Assembly: GCA_051362555.1 (NCBI GenBank)
Contig: CM120641.1
Location: forward strand, 19,158,001 to 19,222,000
Reading direction: 5' to 3'
Length of the DNA stretch: 64,000 bases
DNA from: Lingula anatina
Lineage: Eukaryota; Animalia; Brachiopoda
Of the stretch, positions 36,001 through 49,100 are shown piece by piece (positions within the stretch are counted from its first letter, which is position 1; the number at the start of each line of letters is the position of its first letter). Both the position numbers and the translations under genes were made by a program. Below the pieces are notes generated by a model that worked only from the letters and a program-made list of their open reading frames with translations, did not search any database and was not told the DNA's origin.

Positions 36001-39000
36001 AATTGAAAAAAAAATCATCATAGTTATGTAGTGGTGGCCTAGACTGCTGAACAAAAAGTCATGATTTGGTGAGTGGAACCAGACAAAACTTCACCACATA
36101 TGTTTTGAGTAATCAAGACTGCTAGACTTCCTCTGTTTTTTCCAGGATGTATTACAATATCTGGTATTTGTACTGCAATGCCTTGCACCATAAAATGGCA
36201 GTGTGATAGAAGAGTGGATGAAAGCAGGGGACTTGTGCCTTTGCTACTGAGACACAAGTCATACTGTCCGAGAAGACCAACTCCTGATAAACTTTTAAAC
36301 AAAACTTTAAGATTTCTAAAATAGAAAAGTGTCAATTGGATTTTTCTATGTCTGAGACAGGATGATAAAATACTGGCTTAACAAACACAAGTATACCTGC
36401 TGTGTAACTCTTCACTTTACTCATAAATACGCCCGAGGCCCCATCATGTTCCTCTCCAAGCACAAACATTATGCAATACAGCACCAATACACACAAAATA
36501 TAAAGCCAAATAAATTATTAAACACGGTATATACTCATAATCAGGTCAGGCATCTCATGTCACAAAATAGAATTTTTTCTTTTTAGATTTAAAATAATTT
36601 CAAATCACTTTGATGCATTATGTCCAAGGTGTATCAGCACCATGTTACTGGGTCAACAGAAGACAAGATGGTTCATCTTACCTGTTTTGCTGATAAGTTT
36701 GCCACTGGCTGTGGTATGGGGAAAGTCGGGGCACGCCTGTGCTTGGTCTTAATACTCCGCGGGTACATCACCAACACATCATGCCACCTAGTGGTCAACA
36801 ACACAAAAACAAAGATGAATTAAACTCTATACTTACTTGAATAATTCTTTCTTGTAATAATTTCTGGATAATTTTGGCTTCAAGTAAACCAGCTGCACTA
36901 CTGCAGAGACCCAGACACTGAAATGCTTACGTATGCATGCCTCGATATTGCAGAAGTCACCTGTGCAGTGAATCGTGAAGTGGGAACTGTTTACTTTTGA
37001 CAGGCACACACAATTCTATCCACCACTAAGAAAAAGCACACAGTGCTGATGAAAAAAGATTCTATTATGTTTTGTTTCGTAAACAAAGGCAACAGCACTC
37101 AAAGATAGAATCAATATATTACTTACATTCTTGTGTTAGTAAAGAGGCCTCATTATCATGGAATAAAAAAACCCCAATGCTTCTAACTTATAGCTCAAGT
37201 AAAAATCATTATCAAAAATATGGTACAGATTTTTTTTATAATTAAGAAAGACAATGTACGACAGGGTGTTGCCTTCCCTTTTTATACCAATATCTGGTAG
37301 GTAGCGATTTCTAACCACCCTTCCACACAAAAAAAATAGTGAAGAGATTTGTATATTCCAAACACAACCAGCTTTTGTCCCTTCTCTCTAAAAGCTGTCT
37401 CAAATATCTTAATTTAGTTGGAGACCCGTGGACTTGTTATCCAACTCACAAAAGAGTTGTTAGACACCAACCGAGTTTGGGTTATAAAACTGACAATGGA
37501 CCTTTTTGGAAATGAAAAACCGGTTTTAGCAATGTAAACAGCCCAAATCTGGTGCCCAACACTGTCATGTAAGCTCAATATCAAACGAATGTTTGCGCAT
37601 GGATGTGAGTATGCACAATGCATCCTGTTGCGTATTCTGGTGTACAACAAAAGAGATACAAACTTCAACTATGACTGTTGTGGCTTATGTGACAAAAGAA
37701 ATAAAATTAAATGTAATATATCTTTCTGGTTTACTTGTTACATTATCATCACATATTATTTCTAAGAAATAAAATATCTTGGCATATATTTTTCTTGAAA
37801 AGAAATGATGGCATCAACTGAGGATTTTTGGAGTTTTGATCAAAGAATATTGTTGTTGTTGATGATCATGCCATGCCACATAGGCATAACATCCATCTAT
37901 GTAGGTGTTCATTTATTTAAAAGAGATAAATCAAAAATAAAAGCTGAAATCAAAAGCTTCAACAGCACCAATACCCATGAAAAATTACCTATTGATCTCC
38001 TCCCTATTTGTTCCCTTTACATAATAAGTTTTCTGGGGAACAACAATTGCAATGGAGAACTGGTGAGTACTGACTTCTTCTGCCCCAAACACATCTGTGC
38101 ATTTGTTCATATCAATTTCCCCTTGTGGGACAGTATTCACCTGGAAAAAAAAGAGAGAATAAATCAGACATATCCTTGGAATAGTTAAGACACTAAGATA
38201 ACAGATAATGTGAATATTCTTATTGGGATGTAGCAGCAAAAAGTACCATTATGATAACAATTTCCTCATTGTGTTGCCATCATCAGGTATTTTACTCAGG
38301 AAGTGGCATGTCCTAGGTCAGGACTAGAACACTTCATCAGAATTCTTAGATTGTGATCTCAATCAGGAGTTCCTTTGCTCCAACTTAAATTGCATAAATT
38401 TTGGAATTGAATATTTTCTTGAAACCAATGGTTTAATTGCATATTGTTTCCAGACTGAAGTCATGCCATTAATGTAAATTTTGCTTCAGTTTTGTCCCTA
38501 GTTAACATCTATATTGATCAAACGCCACCATATGAATATATATATATATATATCTTGAACACAACCAGCTCCTGAATCATTTCCATTTGTGCCAGAAAAT
38601 TGCACCAACAGCTATTTCATGGTCTTTTAACCTGTAACATGTATTACATAGCAAATATAATTATAGTTGGTAAAATTTCTCAACAACCAACTTCGATATT
38701 TGCCTTGAAATCTTCTCATGGCAATATCTTGACTAAGCAATACCAGAAAGCCATTCAAGTGACTGGGCCAGTGATTGTGTTAGGTGAGATTCTCAGCTGA
38801 ATGTGACACAATCTGTGAAGGGGTTGCAGAAGCCAGTTTAACTGGCACATCATTATTTTTCTGTCTCCTATTTCTTTCTCAATTCAGGTGCGAGAAATAT
38901 CGCGGCCTGAACATGAGGAGCTTAATAAAACATTTCTCTCTCTTCATACAGCTAAATGAAGTCATGTTTAGATATTGCAAAGAAAATGTCTGCAACCTGT

Positions 39001-40124
39001 GTGTATACCAGCAAGTTCAATTAATCCGAGGAATACTGGCATGTTTACTTAGTGCAAACATTTTGCATGTACAGCAGAAAATAAACCATTCACTTATCCC
39101 TGGATTGTCAAATAACACATGATCATATATGCAGGAAAGTTTACTTTTTCTTGTTCATAACGACAGACAATGTTTATAAGAACTGATTCCTATGTTAGTG
39201 AATCAGGAATTTGGAAAACATACCAGTCAGATGAGATAACAAAATTTATGTTGGAGGATACCTGCATTACTTAAAACAAATATACAATTGCTTATTGCTT
39301 ATTTTCACAGAGAGCATTAAATATTTATAGACCAGCAATGAAAATTTCATAAGTCGGGAAGATATATGGCTTCACTGACATAAAACACATTATAAACATG
39401 TTACTTGTCAGATACTAGCTGAAAGTTTTTATTACCATATCTTTGAAGTAACAATTATTTTCCCCTAAAATGATGACATTCAAAAGATTGTCACCCAGGT
39501 GAAAGTTTAAAACAATCTCATCATTACCTATTCCTGTGGCTTCATCAAATGTTATATTAATATTATGGCAGGTATATATCATCATTAAAATCACTATTTT
39601 CCCAACAGAGATGGTTTAATTAGGCCTTGGGGAAGTGGAACTTTATTTTTCAAACACCCCAATATGGCCACAGGATCCACCTTCTGATGTATGAATATGG
39701 CGCATATAAATCAAGCTCACATATTGTACTGATGAAACAACTTAATTAGCATTGGCGTAACAGCAGGGGCACCAACCATGCAAAATTACCATGTACTTGA
39801 ATAACGTAATATGTAATGTAATACATAACATCATGTAATATAGCAATGACTGTCACAAGACTGGCGAGTATGTGGAAATTGTGCAAGGAGGACAGGGAGA
39901 CAGAATTCAAGTTGTAATAGGTGTTGCTTGGGTTCACTTGGATAAAATTTCTTACAGCCAAATGCCTTGTACTTTAATCAAAAATTTCAACTGGACCAAT
40001 GCTAAATTTGTCAATAAGTCAAATATTTTACATCTTCTTCAGCCAATATGAATATGTGTACTAAGTAGTGTTTAGCTAAACTTTACTATGTTAGAATGAG
40101 ACCAGCAATAATGTACCTGAATTT

Positions 40125-40158
<34 letters not shown>

Positions 40159-43100
40159 TCCCCATTATATCATAACAAGCCTCTAGATCTAGGGGTGATT
40201 TGGCTGCAGGTAATTATCTTTCCAAGGCTACTGACTGTCTCCTGGTTATAACTGTCACATACAAATCAGACCAAACCAAGGGCAGGGATAGCAAATGCTG
40301 TCATAGGAGCAGAGTCCCTCTCATTTTCATGATGGGTTTAACAAACAAGCTTCAGTCAAAAATTGTTCATCACTTAATGGTTAAAATTTAGTCTTGTTTG
40401 ATTCAAGATAAATTTGCCACAGTCCATTATGTGACTGCTAGGCTTGTATCAAAAAATGTCAGAAATCGCTCAGGTTTCAAAGACAGTTGTTTTAGCATAG
40501 TTTTAAAACTGTAACTTATTTACCACAGCTAAAAAAAAACTTTTGGTGGCTTTTTTCCTATCAATATTTAGGGAATGTTCAAATATTCTTTTCTTTATAA
40601 TTAAGGTTGAAAAATTATCCAAAAGGAAAAAGTCAACCATCCCTTCTATATGCCACCAGGGAATTCCCTGATGCCACAAACATCACAGCTCAGCAATAAC
40701 ATAGGGAAACATGGGTGCAAACCATTTGGGATTTCTCACAGGTATCTTATGTTCCAATGGATATCATTTAAGCTAAATGCATTATGGTCAGCATTGTTGA
40801 CCAGTATACTGACCACTAGCCATTTGTCAGCAGATCACTGAAATTGGGCAGTCACACAATGACCCTGATGACAAGATGACTTTCACAGTCTGTATATGGT
40901 CAAGTTCACACTCACAAAATGGAAAGGTTTCAAATGGGTCTTTTCTTACAGTTTACGATTTTTCATAGAAATTCTCTCGTCTGCATCATGGGAAACAACA
41001 CAAAACAATCCATCCACATTTCTGTTCATCCACAATTTAATGGTTCAAATTATCCCTATATGTTTAGGTGTTAAAGCAGGTTATCTGACAGATGCCATAA
41101 AAAAGCAGTTGGATCCAAAATCTCACCATCTTGTGTAAATGTGTGAACAGACAGTGCCTCTATGGACAATAATGTATCTCTGTCTACAGTCTCCACATAC
41201 TCCTTACTTTAATGACCATGCTACAATCACCAGATCATATAAATCTATACCTGGTCACCTTCCCAACATTAAAATTGACCAGGTGGCAATAACCAGACTA
41301 CATATATCTATTACCAGTCATCTCCACAACATAAAACTGCCTGTTTATTTGAGGTATAAAACGGGTTCTCTTTCAGGCATGAAGGCATTAAAATAGCTCA
41401 AGCAGTTTAAGTAGTTTTAATTTCTTGAGAGCTATTTGCAAGAATCGTTTTCATTTTATGTTATTTGACTTTATTTTTATTAAAATTTATTTTTCTTCAT
41501 AATTCCTTTATTTCTTTTCTATGTGTATGTCTGTCTGTCTGTGCATCCATTCCTTTATCCATTTATTTATCTATTTATTCATTGGGTGTCTTTGGGTGCT
41601 TTCCCAGAGATTTAGATCGATCTAAAGATTAAGATTTAGATTGACCTAACTCCCTGGGGGTTCACGCTAAATTGCAGTCAGCCGAGCGGACACCATATTT
41701 AATTACCCCCTTACAGCTTTTTGTAGGTGGGACAGACGCTTAAGCCGGCCAAGCTGACAGTAATCTAGTGAGACTCCCCACAGGGATAGATCGATCTAAA
41801 AATCTATGGCAATGGGGTGTTTGAGTGAATTTAAAAACTTGATGAGCTAAATTGAAAAGTAAGACAATTTCAGATATTAAGAAAGGGACCAACATTCTGA
41901 ATTTTAGTCCCTGTAGTGTAGGTTTTGGGCAAGTTCAACTTCAGAAAATATTCTTTAAAAACCTCAAAGAGGGATTTAATACTACCCTGTTCAGTTATTT
42001 ATGCAAGTCAAGCCTGCGACTTTATGTCATGGACTCAACTTACACCCCTAAAGATTTTCTTAGTCTATTGTGGAAAAGTTAACAAAAGCTCCTTTCAAGT
42101 CATGAACATATCTTAAATTACAAAACAACAGTAATAAGACAACCAAGTGCAATGCTTACACACAACTTTCAACTTCACATGGTAAAGCCTTTGTCATTTG
42201 ACTTAATCAAACAGGGATTTTAGCACTAAACAAACCTCATCTTTTTTATGAAAAGCTGACACCAAAACATGTGAGTTTGGTTTTTCTCTCAGCAACGGCA
42301 AGGGTTGTTTTGAAAGTCTGACAAACAACAAACATGCTGTTTATGTTTTTGCAATCAACAACATCTTTCACAGACGTTTGTTCATTGCACAAAACAGGTG
42401 AAAATGTTTTCAATCAAATCAAATAGAAGATAAAGCAGTTCTGTGTGTAATAGAATAAACCTGTCTCAAAATTGTGTTTTCTATTAATTCTAATGTTAAA
42501 CACATAAATAACAACTTCTTTGGCAGTCAGCAGACACATTCATCATTAACATCCCATGTAGATCAATTTTCTTCAATTATGATTTATCACATCTGTGTAA
42601 AATGCTGCAATATTTCAAAAACAATTTTACCAAATTAGTTGAAATGGACATTTAGCATATGTGAATTCATTAGGCAACATATTGTGGTGGAACATTAATA
42701 TGAAATAAATGCATAAAATTTTTGACCCAGGAGTGCACTTAGTTCATACTTTATGAGAAAGGCCTGGCAAAAAAGAAAACAAAAAAGCAAGATATATGCA
42801 AGTTGCACATTTCTAAGAAAAGGCTTGTGATAATTTTAACAAACTCATTGTCTTGAAACAAACGAAAGTTTTAAATTTTTGCAGAGACAAAAGATAAATG
42901 AAACAATCCATTTGGTTGGAAGTAATTACTTTGATCAAGTAGATGGAATAAAGGCACAGATGTTGTGGCTGATTGCTTCAGACTGAGTTTCAATTTCGTT
43001 CATTGTTTCCAGATAGCGTCTCAGGGGGGAGAGCCGTATGCTCAATCACGAATGCACTGAAAAACTGAATATCATTCTTCTGGCCTCTATGCCAACTAAC

Positions 43101-46100
43101 ACTACTGACAAGTCTCTGGGTCATGCTATGATATCAGATTTCTGTATTAAACGAATTATGCATTTTTCCACCATTAATGTTTAAGTGGACAAATATTACT
43201 TCTAATGTTTTTTTAAGCCAACACTGCATTCAGCAAAACCGAATTACCCAACTGAGGCTAAAATTTGCAAAGGTTTTCTTTAACCTGATGTCAACCCTGG
43301 TAATTAATTCCTTACCTCATTTAAAAACTGATTAAAAAACACTTGAAGCAAAACGGTTCTTAAGTAGTGCAATTTTTACTTACATTTTCATCCACAGAAT
43401 AGGTAAGCTCTCCATCGTCGTATAGCACAAAGAATCTTCGCTGCCATCTCTGAAAATAAACATATATGTTATTTAATCACTTTTATTTCCAAAACAGCAT
43501 TATGTTAATCATAGCGACAAATAACAATTTAAAAGCAGAGGGGTTTATGAAAGAAAGAGTGTTTTTCTTAGTAACTTAAGGTAAGATGATACTTCTTCAA
43601 ATACTAAAATACAACAATTAAGGTTTAAAGTTTAAATTAATTTTAATAACAATAATAATAATAATCTGCTACCTAAGTCTGTCGTAACTAAAGCCCATAT
43701 TTAACAGAAATATTGAAAAATAAAAAATAAATATTCCAAAGTGAAATCCAAGGCAGTGGTGGCTGACAGTTCATAATCAAGTCATTACATAAACACCATA
43801 ATATACAAATTGTTCAGATTTGGAGGGAGGAGAGAGGAGTCCAGCATCTAAGATATAAATGCAGCTTATTTTCATTCATTCATGTTGTACACAATTTGCT
43901 GGTACTGCAACTCAGACAGCTTAAATGGTAGTTATCTCAATCAATGCATTTCCTAATGGCAATTAAAGGTAAACCACGCTTCCTTTCTACAAGTGAAAGA
44001 CACCCTGGCTATGGCCAGGTGTGTGCTTTAAGTACTATTCAGATACTTCCATTCAAAATCAGTTTTAACCAGAAGGTAGGCACTTGATTACAATCCCATG
44101 AGGTAATGCAATTCCTATGTGCTTTGACTTTAAATGGTTATCACAATGAGTGGTGGGGGAGATCACAGAGAAATCACATAGGGGGATTGCAATCAATTGC
44201 AGCTTCCTATAATTAGGAATAAAATGCTTTTAGTTAAAGCCAGTCTGAACAAGGAAGATCTGATGCTTCAACTTTATTTAATTTCATCTTTCTGAAATGG
44301 GCAAATCTGACCATAGGCCATTGTTTACTTGTAAGTCAGACCCTCCATGTGGCCCATAGGTTTTGTTTTGGACAGTGAATAAAAATCTTCAATAAAAACT
44401 TTCTTTCTTCTTATTTTTGTCTATGACAAAATTTAAGGACTATCAAAATTAATGACATCTAGCAATCAGTAAATTTAAGTTTGCAAAGATTTCTCTAAGA
44501 GATAACTTAGTCAAGATGGTCAGGGAAATCTGTAGCTTTGCACACTGTACCAGTCTTTATTGCACTGACCTGTTGACAAGTCAACTTGGATATCAACTTA
44601 GATGTGTGAAAATATGATGTTATAATATAACACTTGGTTCTCAACGTTTCACTTGAAAAAGGAAAATATAAATAAGAATGAATTTTGTAGTCTATTATCA
44701 CTAGATTTCTTCACACCATCTTGGTATGTTAATCACGAATGCCAAGTCAATGAAAATATCCATTTATATTTGACAAAATGTTTTATTTCCTTTTGGACTT
44801 TCCAGTGCAACCCAACCTCTAGTTACATAACACAACTTCACAGTAATAGCAATGCAAACTTAATGTTATGCTTAAGGCTTCTTGTGGGCATTTCAATCAG
44901 AGGTAGCTTGTTGTCTAAATGAAAGGTGATCTACTTCTCCACTCAAAGCCCAGTGAGTGGCTTTAACATCAACTTTGCATACCTGGTAAAAGTTTAAAAG
45001 GAGACTCGGGGTTAAAATGCTGATAGCATAAACCAGAATAGAGAGCTAGTCCATCCTTAGTTAAATGTCATGAACTATACTGGTCAAGACCTATACACAA
45101 AAGGGTCAGAATTTACAAAACTGAATTTCACTATCATAATAAAGTAATAACGAAGTGCACTTACACACTGGACATATTTGTAAATACCTCACTGCCTAGT
45201 CATACAAGAGGATCGCTGACATAAAAAAGTTGGGAGGGAATTGAGGGGGGAAGGGGGTTGAAGGGGGGGGGCTCTTTCATGCTACTTTTTTCTTATAGGG
45301 ACAATTGAGTGAGAAAGCTGACATCTTGAATTAATACTTTCTCTGTCTACACACTGCCTGTTCCATGACAAAGAATGTCAAATATTTGTACTGAAAGCAA
45401 GGACATCACTTCAATAACTGAACACAACAGACCACATTATGCAACAATAGAATTTGGTCTTTCATGTTTGCCTTTGGCTTTTGTGGAGAACACAGCTCCA
45501 ATGACAAGAGGTAGCCCCAGGAAGACAAGAGGAGGTCAAGCAGACAGGGATTTTAAAAGAACCAACCAGGACAGTAAGGAACTTCTCACATCCAGCAGTG
45601 CATTTCACTGGACTGGTCCACTTTGTGAGAATAACATCTTAAAAAGGTGCAAAAAAAGCCTCCCCCCCCCCCCACCATGCTGTAACACAGTCAATTTATT
45701 GACTTTACAGCATAAGCGAACATGGAGAGAACTTGTGCAAGGGGGTAAACTCTGTAGTATGTGACATGCTAGAACATCTACAAGTAGTCCATTCCAGTTA
45801 TATGTACCCCTGGAAATGAAAGTGGCCCAAGGGTGACCCCTCAAATGCTTTATCAACATATATATGTTCATGCTGTATTGCCATGTTTACAAGTCAATAC
45901 AGGGATGGTTGATAGTGATGGTTGCTTGAAATGGAAGACTAATCAGTAATGAAGACTGGAGGAAAATGATTAATACTGAAGCATTTCTATTATTTTTGTC
46001 TGGCCATTAGTTCCTATAACCTTAAAGTCCATAGTCCTAACCAAAATGCTACAAACCAAGTGCAAGTGAACACATTTTCCAATTCATTCCCAATGCTCAA

Positions 46101-49100
46101 AGCAAATGAGAACGTTAGAGAATATTTTTACCAACACATTATACATGTGTCTGTGGGAAACTAAGAAAAAATACAGATATGCAGGTGCTCTGAGAAGAGA
46201 GCTGACTAACTAAAAGCCAAGTCTCCAGTTGAATCAGGTTGACCTAACCTAGAGAAACCCACCACAACAGGGTGTCTGATTATGATTTGCTAACAACAGA
46301 AAACAAATCCTATGTGACACTGCCCATTCTCCACCATGCCAGCTCAGTGCAGTTACTTTACCCTGTGGAATATCTCCTCGACTTATCCAATAATCACAAT
46401 ACCTATGCCATTCCTAGTACACAGAGGTACGTTATAACCAGACACCTGAATCTCAGGGTGAATACAGTTGTCATGTGTGACTGGAAGCCAATATCTCATT
46501 GAGATGCAGGTCAGCTCCCTCACTCTTTGCTCCCAGGCAAAGACACAGACAACTGAGCTCTTTTCATCAGCATTCAAGTCATACATTATTAACCACTTAT
46601 TAAGGAATTCCTCACTAGAATTACTATGAATATATTTCCTTTCATGTATATAAGATGTACGTGGTCCGTGTATTATTATTTCATATTACTATTTTTCTCT
46701 GCTTTCTGTATCCTTGTCTGTATAGAACAGACAGCTGAACTTGACTTGCACGTCCAGGTACTAGAATTCAGGTTGTCAACCTAAGCAGGGAACTGTACCT
46801 CTGGTATACCCAGGTTACATAATTACTTCCATACATCAAAATATTTGCATTTGAGTTGACAGTTTAACATTTCTTCATATTTAATACATACAAGGCGGAG
46901 ATAGGGGAGGAATAAGAAATGCTGACACCTTGGGATGAGCAAAGTGAAAGGATTCCGAACTTACTAAAACAAAACTAAAACTATTCGAGTTGATGTAAAA
47001 TATGACAGTCAGTACAAAAAAGTGGATATAGGTGACAAAAATTCTGACAGAAATCCCACAAAAGAAATTCCCAGCAACTAGGAACCAGTGTAGTGAGACT
47101 GAGATCAAGTTGTGTCTATCAGGCAATAATTATCAACCTGTGCAGCTTCTATATATACATGACAATGACTTGCATGACGAGGAAGCATTCATACGCCTAT
47201 GAACTATCACCTGCATCATAAGCTGGCATTAATTCTACCTCCTATAACAATGGCTAAGAAGTATATAGGAAGCAGAAAATAATGGCTATTATACTGCTGT
47301 AATATAGTTGACATCTTGGGTGCACTACTTCCCAGTGCTTTATGATGGCAGTGATGAGGTTATGAGTAATGGTTCTCTGGGGCACTCCTAAAACTCCCCT
47401 GTCATCCACATGAGTCCTGTTTACAACTAGATCTACATCTACACCTACGGTTCTTTCATGTATCCTCAGATGATCCCAAAGGAGGGAGATCTGAATACTA
47501 AGTGCTATATTTTAATTTGAATGTATACTGGTATACTCAACTAGCAAAGAGAATGATTTATTTCACAGGGTTGGACTCTGACGTCAAAATACAGTTGTGC
47601 TCCGCATTTTTTAAATCAATCATGTTGATTTTTTTTCAAGTCCTAAATTCACCTGAATAGCACCCTCTTGCCAGAAAGAGTAATTGAGGCACAACTGTAA
47701 AATGCCCTCTAAATCTTAACTGCAGCATTGATTCAAGCTTGGCAAGGTTATTTCTATAATAACACATAGGCTTCATACAGATGAGAATGGAACTTGTGTG
47801 TGTGTGTGTGTGTGTGTGTGTATCGGGGGGGGGGGGGGGATCTCATATATTCAACTGCCATTAAAACAGCAGAGATGTTGACTAAAATATAGTGATATAT
47901 GCAGAAAGCAAAATGTCAGAGAGATAATATGTTACCCTAGATGGGGTTGCCAGTGATAAAATATCTGTTATTGACAAAGGCTGATAAGTGGGGGGATGTA
48001 CATCACTGGGTGACCTATGGGCAGGGCTGGGAGTGGAGTGGAATAGACAATGCTGATACGAGTGCAGAGAAGAGATTTGCTAACACAGTATAAAAGTCTA
48101 TTAGCTTCGGCTAGAGTTGCAAAAGACTGCAAAAATCCCAATTCACTTTGAAGCCGAATTGTAGGGATGGGGAGCTGATAGGTTGGAGGGGAGGGGATAT
48201 GTGGTTAGATAGCACTACAATCAGAATGCCTTGAGGGCATCAATGTTGTTATCTCTATCATACTATAGTGAAAACAGGAAACTAATAATATGAGTGACCT
48301 GTAAAAGGACAGGTAAAATAAAGGCTTTATCAAAAATACTGGATTACAATAACTAGTAGCACTTAGCAAAGATTCTTATTTATTTAGCCAAATAACAAAT
48401 CTTTAAACCATTATATAAGAAAAAGTTATTTCTGGGCTCTCTCTATGGTAAAATTCATTTTTGGCAAAAAAATGTAAATTCAATTAAACAGTTGTATTTC
48501 ATTGAAAAGAAAGCATAATATTTTACATTTTTACAGCCAAATTAGAAGACACATTGGCTTACATTTACTGTGCTAGAGTGAGCCCCTAACAAGCGGTCTT
48601 TCAGCAGGATCAATCACTTAAATTCCCTCTCTCTTACCTTAGACCTGTGTACAGGGTTGGCGAAGTCCAGGTCTGGTGCTATGAACAGGTAGCCACATTT
48701 GGAGATCTTTCTGGATGCCTAAAACATCAACATAAATGACTGAAACAATGCTGATAATTTGAATCATTTCAAATTAAATGTCACTATCATTAATATTAGA
48801 TAGTACTTGTAATGAAAACAAAACCAGTTTTCTATGGCCCTATTTATGAACATTATCATTTTCATTAAGTTAATGAAGGTCTAAAGAATCTTATGTGTTC
48901 TTAGTAGAAAATTGTTCATTTTTATTTCTGAAAAGAAAAAAAAAAGGCTGAACCCAAGTGCTGATTGTTCTTTGTGCAGACATCACTCTGCACTTTCTAT
49001 AGGCCATCATTACTACTCAAACTCAATCTAATTTAAAAAACAGTTTCGGCAAATATCCCAAGGACCTGATTACCATACTATTTGCCACCAGATGGGAGAA

